A DNA stretch of 64,000 nucleotides. It comes from Anthoceros angustus (taxonomy: Eukaryota; Plantae; Anthocerotophyta). A program made the position numbers and the translations under genes. The first letter of the stretch is position 1; each line of letters starts with the position of its first letter. The notes beneath the pieces are model-generated. The model was not told where the DNA came from, did no database searches, and saw only the letters and a program-made list of their open reading frames with translations. The stretch spans positions 496,001 to 560,000 of the forward strand of contig MU008185.1 in the NCBI GenBank assembly GCA_010909165.1, read 5' to 3'. This document shows, one piece after another, positions 16,648 to 27,122 of the stretch.

Positions 16648-17078
16648 AGCTCACAGGAGCACGGCTATATGGTGGGCTTTCTCTGCTGCCGAATGGCATG
16701 GTCGGTAAAAATGGAACTAAGCAGCGACAATCGCGTCAGGTCTTTAGGCAACTCTGAATACCGTCCTTCCGGTCGACTATTCTGCCTCAGTCCCTCAGTC
16801 GATTTGCTTGTCCTGCCGGTGGGTAGAAGTGGGGAACTACGGAGTTGGAGCAAAATCTGGAGACAAATTTGTTTTTGTAGTGTCACAATTTATTCCAAAA
16901 ACTGTAGACAAAATTGGTGAGGTGTGGAAACAGAGCTCATCACAGCGGCGAGAGAGCATGTGATGAAGTATGTTTCTACAGCTCTTCAGTAGTTTGCTAC
17001 AATACTGATACAGCTCCAAACAGTTTGTCCGATCAGTGTTAGTCCCAGAAGTACCTAGCGTGTGTGATGGTTGTTAGC

Positions 17079-19766
17079 CTAGAACCCTGATTCCTCAGAC
17101 TCGAAGATCTGGTACCACAAATCTGTGAACACCTCCACAATCAGTCCATGATACTCTTCACAGTTGAGGGCAAGGTAAGCCTGTAGCAATTCCTCCAAGT
17201 CCGGTGTATCCAGGATCTCCTTCTCCACGATCATTTCCAGCATGGAGTCCCGGAAGTCCCCGTAGGGATCATAGGAGCGGGTTACTACAGGTACACTTTC
17301 CCGCACTTTCCCTTGAATGTCAGGTGGCATTTGGGTGGCAGTCGATCTGGAGGAAGCCCTCGGACCCTGCTGCCTTGCCGTGGCCGTGATATGAGACTCC
17401 TTCACTCCCCTGTGCGTGTGCTTTTTCTTCATCGCTGCATATCCCAACCGTGGCCTAGCTTGAACACCAGCCTTGGTGTGTCTGCTGGCACTTGACCTCC
17501 GCCTGTCAAGCCCCCCTTCCCTTCTCCCAGTTCTCGCCTTGTTCGCTTTGGGTTGATGGACTTCCAGCCTCTCCGGACTCTCGTCCGGAGACACCACATG
17601 GCGTCCCTGGTCAGCGTCTAAATCGTTGAGAACAAAGTAGTCGTCATCAGACGAGAAACTGCACTTCCTCATGGCAAGCAAGCTCTCCTCCCAGCCCTGT
17701 CCCGCCCGCCCCACTTCCATGTCCTCTTCCTCCTCCTCAGTGGTGCAGCCATCGCTGGAGGCCACAGAAAGCGGCTCCCACATGCGGATGCGAGGGCTGA
17801 CTGACATAATCTGCTGCTCCAGCTCCCGAGCACGGAACTCCTCGCACACTGCTCCCGTGGAAGAAACCGAGGAGCTGCAAGGACTCGCTTGGTCCTCTGC
17901 CCACCCATGGCCAATCCGGTGCGGCGGCTGCCGTGCCTGGTGCTGCCGTGTCCTAATCCTGAGCCCCCGCCCCTCCAGCTCCAGAGAATCGTGGCTGGAG
18001 TAATCCTCGCCATCCTGACTTTCTCCCCCCTCCATCTGTTGTACAAGCACGGCCTGCTCCATGCGACAAGAAGACGCGGGGCTGGAGATAGGGCTGGGGC
18101 TCATGTCCCCCGGGCTCCTCCGATCTGGTGTGGAGTCGTCAGTATCCCAGGCACTAATGGCCTCCGAGAACTCCACGGCTGGCATGTCAACGTCCGAGTC
18201 CGTCTCCGAGTCCGACGAGGGACAAGAAAGCTCGCGCTCCTCGGGAATGAAGGATGCCTCCCAGGGCTCCGGCCTGGTGGCACACATGGCCTGCCCTCTC
18301 CCAGACGGAAAGGCGGGAAATGAAGCAGGCAAAGGCAAAGGCAAAGGCAAAGGCAAAGGCACAGGCACAGGCACAGGCACGGGCCTCAAGCTCCTGGGAG
18401 TGACACATGCGGAGTCGGCCTCGATAGATGTGAAGAAACTAGTCTCCGGATCCTCACTGGTGGTGGCCGACGAGAAGCCCTTCTCCCAAAGCACGGCACT
18501 GGGGTCCGCGATCCCATCCCCGCCTCCGGACGACGTGCTCAACCTAAAGCTGCAACAATTGTCCACCTCGGTGCTCCCCTTGACATGATCCCGCACCAGC
18601 ACCGCATCCACATCGTCATCGGCATTGGAAGGTCTGAAGGACGCGTCCGCAGGGCTACTCTTCCTCATCAACACTTCCCTCCGCACCACCTGGTTGTCAA
18701 GCTCCAGCAACACGCTCTCCCGCTCCCACGCATTGCACTTGAGCCCGGAGGCAGGAGGAGGAGACGCCACAGCGTGAAGAAGCGGGAGGTGCGAGACCCG
18801 GCCGTGGTGGGTGTCGGGGCTGTCCCCCGCGGCCCCCGCATTGGACATGCAGCTGAAGGAGAGCGACCTGCGGTGCGCGGAAGGCCTGGGCGGGGTGTTG
18901 GCGGAGCCCGAGCCACTCCCGCTCCCGGTGACGGATTTCCTGGAAGCAACCTCCTTAGCCTGCGCCTGGGCCTGCGCCTGCGCCTCCGCCACGGAAACGG
19001 AATGCTGGGAATGCCTGGGCGGGGAGGGGGAAGAGGCCTCGGAGTCGGACTTGGTGGCTGCCAGGCGGAAATCATCGGAGAAGCAGGCCAGCAGACTGGC
19101 CCTCACCGGCCGGGCCTCCGACCTGCTCCTGTGCAGCACTGGCCCAGGCCCTTGCCCCGGGGGAAGGCGGAAGGTAGAAGCAGCAGAAGCTGCAGAAGCA
19201 GAGGAGGAATGGTGCAGCGAAGCCCTCCTCGGGGAGGCGGGATGCGGAATGTCCGCCCCCTTGGAGAGGCCAATCCTGGGGGAGGAGGGAGCGGGGTAGC
19301 GGCAGGGAGAGGGGCAGAATCTGCTGGAGGGACTGGAGGGGGACATGGAGTAGGAGGTGGCAGCGGGGGACAAGGAAAATTGCAAAGCGGACGGGGCGAG
19401 GCGGAAATTCTTGGGAGATAGCGGGAAGGCGGCATCGATGAGGCTCTTCTCCAGAGCGATCGCAGCTCCATCTCCTCCTGCTCCGCCCCGATGCTGCAAG
19501 TCCATGGCGGGAGGGCAGCCCTTGAGATTGTGAATTGGGCGGAGCGGGGGGTACGCCTGGTCGAAGGAGTGGGGGGCGCAGGATTCGAAGGAGGTGGAGC
19601 GGTCGCTGGCGGATCCGCAGCAGTCTTGCGCCCCGTCCCCGTCTCCCGCCCCGCGCCTTCCCGGCCGCCTCCGCCTGTAGGAGCGCCTAATTTCCTTCAC
19701 CTTGGCGTACCAGGCCCGCGGCATCACCACGTGCACCAGCTTGAAGCGGGCGTCGCCCTTGTCCAT
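17079..19766 (-). CDS. OFP: OVATE family transcriptional repressor, 895 aa, single exon
   Basis: C-terminal OVATE domain ESVPVVTRSYDPYGDFRDSMLEMIVEKEI...LEELLQAYLALN...LIVEVFTDLW. The N-terminal FKLVHVVMPRAWYAKVK resembles the OFP1-type N-terminal motif. The middle is S/P-rich and low complexity. Confidence 0.92.
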   Translation of the reverse strand: MDKGDARFKLVHVVMPRAWYAKVKEIRRSYRRRRPGRRGAGDGDGAQDCCGSASDRSTSFESCAPHSFDQAYPPLRPIHNLKGCPPAMDLQHRGGAGGDGAAIALEKSLIDAAFPLSPKNFRLAPSALQFSLSPAATSYSMSPSSPSSRFCPSPCRYPAPSSPRIGLSKGADIPHPASPRRASLHHSSSASAASAASTFRLPPGQGPGPVLHRSRSEARPVRASLLACFSDDFRLAATKSDSEASSPSPPRHSQHSVSVAEAQAQAQAQAKEVASRKSVTGSGSGSGSANTPPRPSAHRRSLSFSCMSNAGAAGDSPDTHHGRVSHLPLLHAVASPPPASGLKCNAWERESVLLELDNQVVRREVLMRKSSPADASFRPSNADDDVDAVLVRDHVKGSTEVDNCCSFRLSTSSGGGDGIADPSAVLWEKGFSSATTSEDPETSFFTSIEADSACVTPRSLRPVPVPVPVPLPLPLPLPLPASFPAFPSGRGQAMCATRPEPWEASFIPEERELSCPSSDSETDSDVDMPAVEFSEAISAWDTDDSTPDRRSPGDMSPSPISSPASSCRMEQAVLVQQMEGGESQDGEDYSSHDSLELEGRGLRIRTRQHQARQPPHRIGHGWAEDQASPCSSSVSSTGAVCEEFRARELEQQIMSVSPRIRMWEPLSVASSDGCTTEEEEEDMEVGRAGQGWEESLLAMRKCSFSSDDDYFVLNDLDADQGRHVVSPDESPERLEVHQPKANKARTGRREGGLDRRRSSASRHTKAGVQARPRLGYAAMKKKHTHRGVKESHITATARQQGPRASSRSTATQMPPDIQGKVRESVPVVTRSYDPYGDFRDSMLEMIVEKEILDTPDLEELLQAYLALNCEEYHGLIVEVFTDLWYQIFESEESGF

Positions 19767-19974
19767 GGCCGCGGGAGCAGGAGAAGCAGCAGCCAGCAGC
19801 CAGAAGCCGGCAGAGCGAGTGACGAGGAGCGGAACGCGACCTTCCCTTGGGCAGCAAGAAAGGCAGGTGCAGAGGAAGCAGAGTGCGTGAGGTGGAAGCG
19901 AGGATTGGTGGGCAGCAGCAGCAGGAGCAGGAGGCCGTGCGGGAGCGTCCGCACCGACATTGCAGGCTGTGCTC

Positions 19975-20014
19975 GCAGCGGCAGCGGCAGCGGCAGCGGC
20001 AGCGGCAGCGGCAG
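19975..20014. repeat. (GCAGCG)6 microsatellite
   Basis: Read directly from the sequence; upstream of the OFP ATG. Confidence 0.95.
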
Positions 20015-20100
20015 GGAGACAAGGGGAACGAATTGTGCGGGAGTCTTCTCAACGCGTCTCGTGTGTGAAGTGAGACGGGCGAGCGTGCGCGGCGAGTGAA

Positions 20101-20192
20101 GGCAGAGGCAGAGGCAGAGGCAGAGGCGGAGGCAGAGGCAGAGGCGGAGGCAGAGGCGGAGGCAGAGGCAGAGGCAGAGGCAGAGGCAGAGG
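20101..20192. repeat. (GGCAGA/GGCGGA)15 microsatellite, pyrimidine-rich on the OFP sense strand
   Basis: 15 hexamer units read directly. It generates the spurious AEAEAE, SASASA and LCLCLC ORFs in the track. Confidence 0.95.
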
Positions 20193-23100
20193 AGACAATG
20201 GGGGGAGGGGACCCGGGAAGAGCAGGGAGCAGGGAGCAGGGCCAGGGGCAGGCGGGAGGAGGAGAGGAGGAAACGCGGGAAGGGAGGGATTTTGACGTGC
20301 AAGTGCAGGGTAAGCAGGCAGCAGGCAGGAGGGCGTGGAGCAACAATGGGCGAAGGAGCAGTGCTACTCTTACCTCCCAGGCTCCACAGGCTGATGAGGC
20401 TGAGGCTCACCTACTACTGTGGGGCACAGCGGGGGAGAAGGACAGGAGAGGCTGTCTCACCACTCTCTCATCTCGTACAGTAGCGCATTGCGTTTGCATT
20501 TGCAGCGGGAGCGTGTGATGATATGGTCTAGCGCTCGTCTTCCAGTTGGCTTATTAGACGAGGGCTGGAGGCAGGCGGAGGGGAAGCAAGGTGGGGCCAA
20601 TGCCTCGGGTGCGACGCCATTTGTTGCTCGCCTGCCCGGCCCCTGATGCCGCTGCCGCTGCCGCTGCTGCCTCTGCTGCTGCCGCAGTCGCAGCAGTAGC
20701 AGCGTGTAGAATTATTAACGGCGGCCCGTCGTCTGGGGCGTGGGCCGCGTGCCGTGCTGCCCTGCTGCCCTGCTCTGCCGTCCCCGTCCCCGTCCCCGTC
20801 CCGTTCTATGGTTTCAGTGCCGTTCCGTTGCACGCATCGGATCTAGTAGGCCTGGCCCCCGTTCCGTTCTCCCGTTTGGTGGCGAGGGCAAAGATCTGGC
20901 TGGTGCATGTCTCTTGCCTCTCGTCGCTCGCAACGACTTGAGTCGTGAGTGGTTACTGAGTTACGGGGGAGTTGAGTCGTTACCGAGTTACGGGGAGGAG
21001 AGAAAAAAGGGGAAGAGGGAGGGAGGGATTCCAGAAGCAGAATGGCGATGGGCATGAATCATGATGAGAGCGGGCCTGGGTCTGGGCCTGAGCCTGCGAA
21101 ACGCCCAGCCAGCGGTGACGGGATGATGCCGTGTAGTCGCGCTGCCACTGCTACTGCTACCGCTACAGCTACTGGTAGGTCGTTGACGATGACGACCGCC
21201 CTGTTTCCCGCGCGCCCTAGGCACGTGGCGCGCCGACAAGGCATGAGCGTCACTCAGATTCCAGGCCCGCATCATGGCCATGGAGAGCCGCCATGGACGC
21301 CCGCAGGCGGCCCCTGCCCCGGCCCCGGCCTCGGCCCGTTGCAGGCCGCTCATAACACAACAACGAGCATCCTTTTCATTCCATTCATTTCGGGCCCTGT
21401 TCCTTGTTTTGGACCAACTTTGTCGTCCTGGCCTCGCTTTTCCCTCCTCCGCTTTCCTGCTTTGCTTTTCGAGACAACACTCCCGCTCTCGGGCGTCGCG
21501 GGAGCGGGAGCAGGAGCAGGAGCGGGAGCGGGAGCGCACATTCTCGTTTGTATGTATGTATGTAGGTATGTATATATATCTACGGTCTGCACAGACTGCA
21601 GCCACTGTAGTGCGTATTAATTGGCAAGGCTCGGGTCGGGCCTCGGTGAGGAGCGTGCAGGCATCTCATCCTCATTCCCATCCTCATCCTCATCCTCATC
21701 CTGGAGTCCTGGACTGTGGACTGGCACTGTACCGAAAGCGGCAGTGGGAGGGGACTGGGCGCCCGCTGCTCGGGTGTGACGTGTGTGGCACCCAGAGAAG
21801 AGAAGAGAAGCGCAACTTGCAAGGCCTTGGCCGACGCCATGGCCGACGGTAGCAGGGTGGGGAGAGTCACGTGATGCCGGTGCACCACGGTCCGCCACAC
21901 ACCGGGACGGGGTTGGGAGGGGTCTCCATGTTTGCGACCACCGTACCTGATTAGGGTACCGTGATCGTGTCGTGTGTGCCCTACGCCTGTTTACATACAT
22001 GTACACTTATAATAAGTGGACACGGCGCCTGCGGCGCAGTGGCAGTGCATCGCTCATGAATCATGTCTTGCTGTTGGAGGGCACTCCATCTGCTCATCAT
22101 GGGGAGTGGGCTGGGACTGGGAGGCATACATATTTTCTTGTGTGGCGCACGCTGAGTGGCGTGGCGAGTGCGGTAGGAGACTAGCCGGTAGTACATGTGG
22201 ATTGCAGAACTAAACAAAAGCTTGATCGGACCAGCCCATCTCCGCCCAGCCCGGCCTCTCGAGTCTCAACCTGGCCGCACAAGAGGAAAGCCACAATGAT
22301 GTGATGCGTGCCACTTTACCTGCCACACGCTTCCTCTCCACTGGAAGCTGCTGCAACTCCGGGTAACGTTATTACGGTCCCCGGGCTGCGTAAGTGGACT
22401 CGGTCTCCAGATGCCTATCTCGAGACAAGTCGCAGACAATCCACGTCAAACTTCTCCTGGGCGTGGCCGCCCAATGGGGGGCGGCCACACCGCCGTTGGG
22501 TGAAGCTGCAGCAGCAGCAGCCGCCTTGAGGGGAATGGAATCGCAATATGAAATAGTATAAGGTGTGTACTTGAGAGGAGCGGATGGAGGGCAGGCAGGC
22601 AGGCAGGATCCGGGGTTTCCTCATGAAGCCAAAGCCGAGCCGCGTCGATTGTCGATGTCGCTGCCGCTGCCGCTGCCGCTGCCTCTGGAAGTGCAGCTCG
22701 CATAACATATACATGTAGCAGAGGCAGAAGCAGCCAGCAGCCACAGCCAGCAGCCAGCAGCGTTGTTGCTGTCATAGAATATTCAACTCCCTCCAAAGGC
22801 AAGGCAATACTGCCTGCTGTTGCCTGTGCCTGTGCCTTGCCTGTGCCTCTGGCTTCTCTGCACCCAGCTTTGTGGACATTGGGCAGGGCAGGGACCAGGA
22901 CCGGGTCCGGCCCCACGGATCGGGTGTGGTCAGGCCTCGAATCCCGCGGCGGTTGCATCGGCCATTCATTCCCAAGCCCTAACCCTGTGCCAGGATGTGG
23001 TGGAATCATAATGGAGGCATCTGCTTTTCCATGTCCAAACAAGCCTGGAAAGTTATATGGCACCGCTTCCAACTTCCCCTTCGCCCTCCTCCTGCCCTGA

Positions 23101-24114
23101 CACCCTGCCTGCTTGCATGGCGAGTCGCGACGCGGGCCCGGCAACCTCTTCCTCGCTCTCTTCAACCTTCCTTCCATTCCTTTTCCTTCCTTCCATTGCC
23201 CCATCATTCCGTAACAAACTACACCTCCTCCTGAGTCCTCCACCGTCGTTACGCAAGCCCCTCGCCGGCCCGGTGTCGGCGCAAGCGACGAAACTCCTGC
23301 TGACAACACACTCCACCTCCATCGCTGCCGCCACCGCCCTCGTCAACCTCTCCTGCCGTATTTCCACTCTACTTTTGCCCGAGCTCCATCTCTCCCTCCC
23401 GCAAATGTGAATCCGGATGCAGGGATGCAGCGATGCAGCCTGACAGAAGACCTCGTCCAAGCACAACCAGCCCCGCCTGCAACCTGCAGCCTGCAGCCTG
23501 CCGCGTTGGCCATGAGCATTCCGTATCAGCGCACCGTCTGTCCCTGGAACGTGACGGAACGGAGCCCTAGCCCAGCTGGCAGACCAGCCGTCGCAACTGC
23601 ACAACGCAGTGTGATGAGATTCAGAGACGATACGATACGCAGCAAGGCCGGTTCCAAGCACTTGCCAGAAACCCTGTGCCACACCGCCAGCGGCCCGTGA
23701 TTCACTCTGTCGTCAAATCCCCAAACCCTCGTCAACGTTTTGTCACGCTGCCCTGTGCCGTCCCGACGGAACGCGGAACGGCACAGCCGCAGCCACGCCC
23801 GAATCCGGTCATCCGATTCCCAACATACATACATACTATTCTTTATCATATATTCTATACTAAAACTGGGCTCGGCGTCACCACCTCACCACCGCCCCGA
23901 GCACGCAGATTCTTTTTTTAATTCGCGAGTCAAATGGAAGCCTAGCCTGCCCACCCGAGAGGGGGAGATTGGGAGATCGCTTGCAGCATCCCCTGGGACC
24001 TGGGGCCTGGGGCCGAATTTTGTCGCCTTCTCTCCGTCGCTTTAAATTCAAAATCTGGCGCACACCCTCGCCCGCGCTCGCCCCGATGACGCTATCTATG
24101 TATATACATGCCCC

Positions 24115-24385
24115 GCATTGAGCATTGAGCATTGAGCATTGAGCATTGGGAGTTCTGGACTCCGTCGCGTAATCACCGCCTCTTAAACGGTACATAATAT
24201 CCACATCTCGATGCATAGGGTTACGGGCACAGCATTTCTGACGCACCAACTCCCTCATCAAAATTTCAAAAAAACCCCTTCCAAGTTCGGCTACTGCTAA
24301 ATGCGTAGGGTATCTGTAACTCAAAGGGCGGCTCCGGCTCCTATGCTCCTTTGCTCCTACGCTCCTACGCTCCTACGCTCCTACG
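24115..24385. repeat. Two short tandem repeats: (CATTGAG)~4 at 24115-24147 and (GCTCCTAC-like)~6 at 24337-24385
   Basis: Read directly from the sequence. Confidence 0.9.
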
Positions 24386-24775
24386 CACGTGCCCGGTTTC
24401 AAAATTTTACACCCAACTCGATTCCCTTCGGGATCATAACTCCCTGCCGCTCGCCCGTTGCGTGCCCGCCGAAATTCGGCCGATTGCCGGCTGTGGTGCT
24501 ATGTATAGCATGGTCCAGGCGGCCAAGGCCCAACATCCTAACAGGAAAAGGGGGAACTAAATATCTTATAATTAATTCCTTCAACAAATATGGAACGGCA
24601 GCATGTACTACAGTAGGAACCAACATGCATGCACCCCACCGCGCCGGAGCCGGAGCCGGAGCCGGAGTGGGCGAGGGGGAGGGGGAGGAAGACTTAATTA
24701 ATCCAAGGCTCAAGGCTCAACCCCGCCGCTTGCCTCGATGGGATTTAATGTTGCTTTCTCTCTGGCTACTTTCAT

Positions 24776-26572
24776 TCAATGTCGGTGCCACACGTGACGT
24801 AGGTCCAGGGTGGCGATCTGGTGGTGCGCCACGGAACCCACCCACAGCGTCCCGTTCCGTTCCTGGGCCTCGCTCATGGTCTGCACCGCCGTTCCGTTGC
24901 GGTCCTCCAGGACCCGCACCACCCGGCCCTGGCTGTCCAGCAGTGCCGCGAACGCGTACAGCGCCTGGGGCCGGTACAGCCGGATGGTGAACCGGAACGG
25001 CAGCGGCAGCAGGAAGAGGAGGCTCTTCGTCCAGGGGTTGCGGCTGCTCAGCTCCTGGAGCCATGCGCGGGGCCCGTTCATGGCCACCCAGAAGTCCCCC
25101 GAGCTCGTCCTCCGGATGTTGTCCGGGTACCCCATCAGGTCCTTGAACACCTCCGTCGTCCCGGCGCGCGGGCCTTTCAGCCATAGCCGCAGTATCCTGC
25201 ATCAAATGTTCAAATGTTCATGCAAATGTCACAACCTGCATCAACCAATGGCACTTGCCAAGCCATGCCCTGTGTGCGGTGCACGCAAAGACAAAAATCA
25301 CTCGTACCGAAGATTCGTGGTCTCCGCGACCAGCAGGAACGAGGCGTCTTGGGAGATGGCGACGCCGTTGGGGAAATTCAGGCCGGAGAGCACCACCTCC
25401 GTGCGCTTGGACCCCGGGTCGTATCGCAGAAGCCGCCCGCTGGCTTCCCCTTCCAGAATCGCCAAGAAGTAGTGCCTGCGATTGGTGCCACTCCCGTGCT
25501 CGTCAATGCATGCATGCATCCGGAACCCTGCCAGATCTTGGAAACCTACAACTTTGTTTGCAAGCAAGACGGATGTGGATGGAGAGCACGCTGCCCGACC
25601 TTGGATGGAATCGGGGACTTCACCTACTGTACAATGTACACACCTAGCTTTGCTGCTACCAGCTACCGCTGTGCGGCATATGAAAAGACGTGAAATCTGA
25701 GATTCATTCGTGCCTACCGTCGAGTCCAGCGCGTGCTGCTGTCGGTGAAGAAAATGGAGCCGTTGGGATGGACGTCCAAGTCGTTGGTGAACTTGAAGGG
25801 CTCGCCGTCCGCCTCATCTGTCAAAAGGCGTGCTTGCCCGCCCTCTGCTCCCACGCTGTGCAGCCCGAAGTAGGCGTCGGCGATGTAGAGCTGGCCATCG
25901 CGTCCCGCGTGCCTGTCGAACCTCAGCCCGAGCGGCCGCCCGCATTTGTACTCTTCTCGAACCCTTGCCCTCTCCGTCTTCTTCGTCAGCTTGGTTGTGC
26001 ATGACACTTCCCTGCAGGGTGCAATTGTGCATTCACGTCACCGTTTTTTATACATGCCATTACGTGCCATGCAGCATTGTCCAAGAATTCTCATCAATTC
26101 ATCACCAGGTGGGAGAGATGACGGCAAACGTCTCCCATTTCCCGTCTTTCCATCGAATCACTCTCCCGTCTGCAACACCGGTGTAAGGGCCTACGCCATC
26201 GTGGTCGAACTCCACGCTCTCAGGGCCCCAAGCGGAATTTCCGTTCCCCGAACCGAACGGGATCTCGGCTTTGCTCAGGCTGCTGCCCCCAACGTCTTGT
26301 GGCCATCCGACTGCCACTTCACGGAGGGGGCTGAGGGGGTGCTCCTGGGGCGTGAAATCGAAGCCCGCCAGTGGCCCGATGAAGTCCAACTTCACCAGGA
26401 GCGCCACCACCAAGACCGAAGCCACACAAACGATGTGCGAATGCCGTTTCGCTGCAGGCACCACCGGAACGGAATACACATACCTCAGCCGCCGCCATGA
26501 CTTCCAGCGAGATCTCACCGCTTGCTGCAAGCTCCCTGCGATGCCTGTCAGCAGATGGATCCATCCCCCCAT
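24776..26572 (-). CDS. SSL: Strictosidine synthase-like (SSL/APMAP-type six-bladed beta-propeller), 4 exons
   Basis: GPESVEFD...GPYTGVADGRVIRW; CGRPLGLRFD; LYIADAYFGL; FTNDLDV...IFFTDSS; GRLLRYDP; LNFPNGVAIS; GYPDNIR...GDFWVAM; SEAQERNGTLWVGSV. N-terminal signal-anchor IVCVASVLVVALLV. Confidence 0.93.
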
Positions 26573-27122
26573 CTTGCGGGCGCTGCACCGAAAAAGCAGC
26601 TCCCAAAAGTTTCAAGGTGGAATTTGCATCGCTTCAAGATCGACTTCACGCCCACTGCATGTGAGCAAACAGGTTCGACATGCTTTTAAACACCCAGGTC
26701 CGGACGATACAATGCAGGTAGACCAACTTCGCCTTCCTGATGCAACTAGTGGTCATCTTCTTGTGAGCCACGCATTGTCTTGAGATGTCAAGAAAGGTGG
26801 AAGATGAGAATTATTGCACAACCAAGCCCAACATGAGAAGAGCCAGGGGCATGCCGAAGGGCCACGATCTTTCATCCAAGTACAAGAAGGCAAGGAAAGC
26901 TCGGAGTCGGAAGCTCCACGACAAACGACACACTCGCTGCATGATGTATGGCCAGTACGATCATCTATGGGGTCAACAACAACTCCTCTTTTGCAGAGAT
27001 CATTGCACGGTCCGTCTGCTGCAGTGCATTGGCTTAAGAATCCGAGACATGGTCTCTTGTACACCTTGATGAGATACATACAAACAACTCCAGTCTTGGG
27101 AGTGTCAATGAATTGATCGTGT

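Noticed and set aside
12172-26572. NATA1/THT-like transferase plus strictosidine-synthase-like gene as a specialised-metabolite cluster
   Set aside because: They are 12 kb apart and separated by unrelated genes. Both families are widespread, and SSL proteins generally are not true strictosidine synthases.
17200-26800. Many 100-290 aa ORFs antisense to or between OFP and SSL
   Set aside because: Explained by high GC, codon bias of the sense genes and hexamer microsatellites; no domain motifs.
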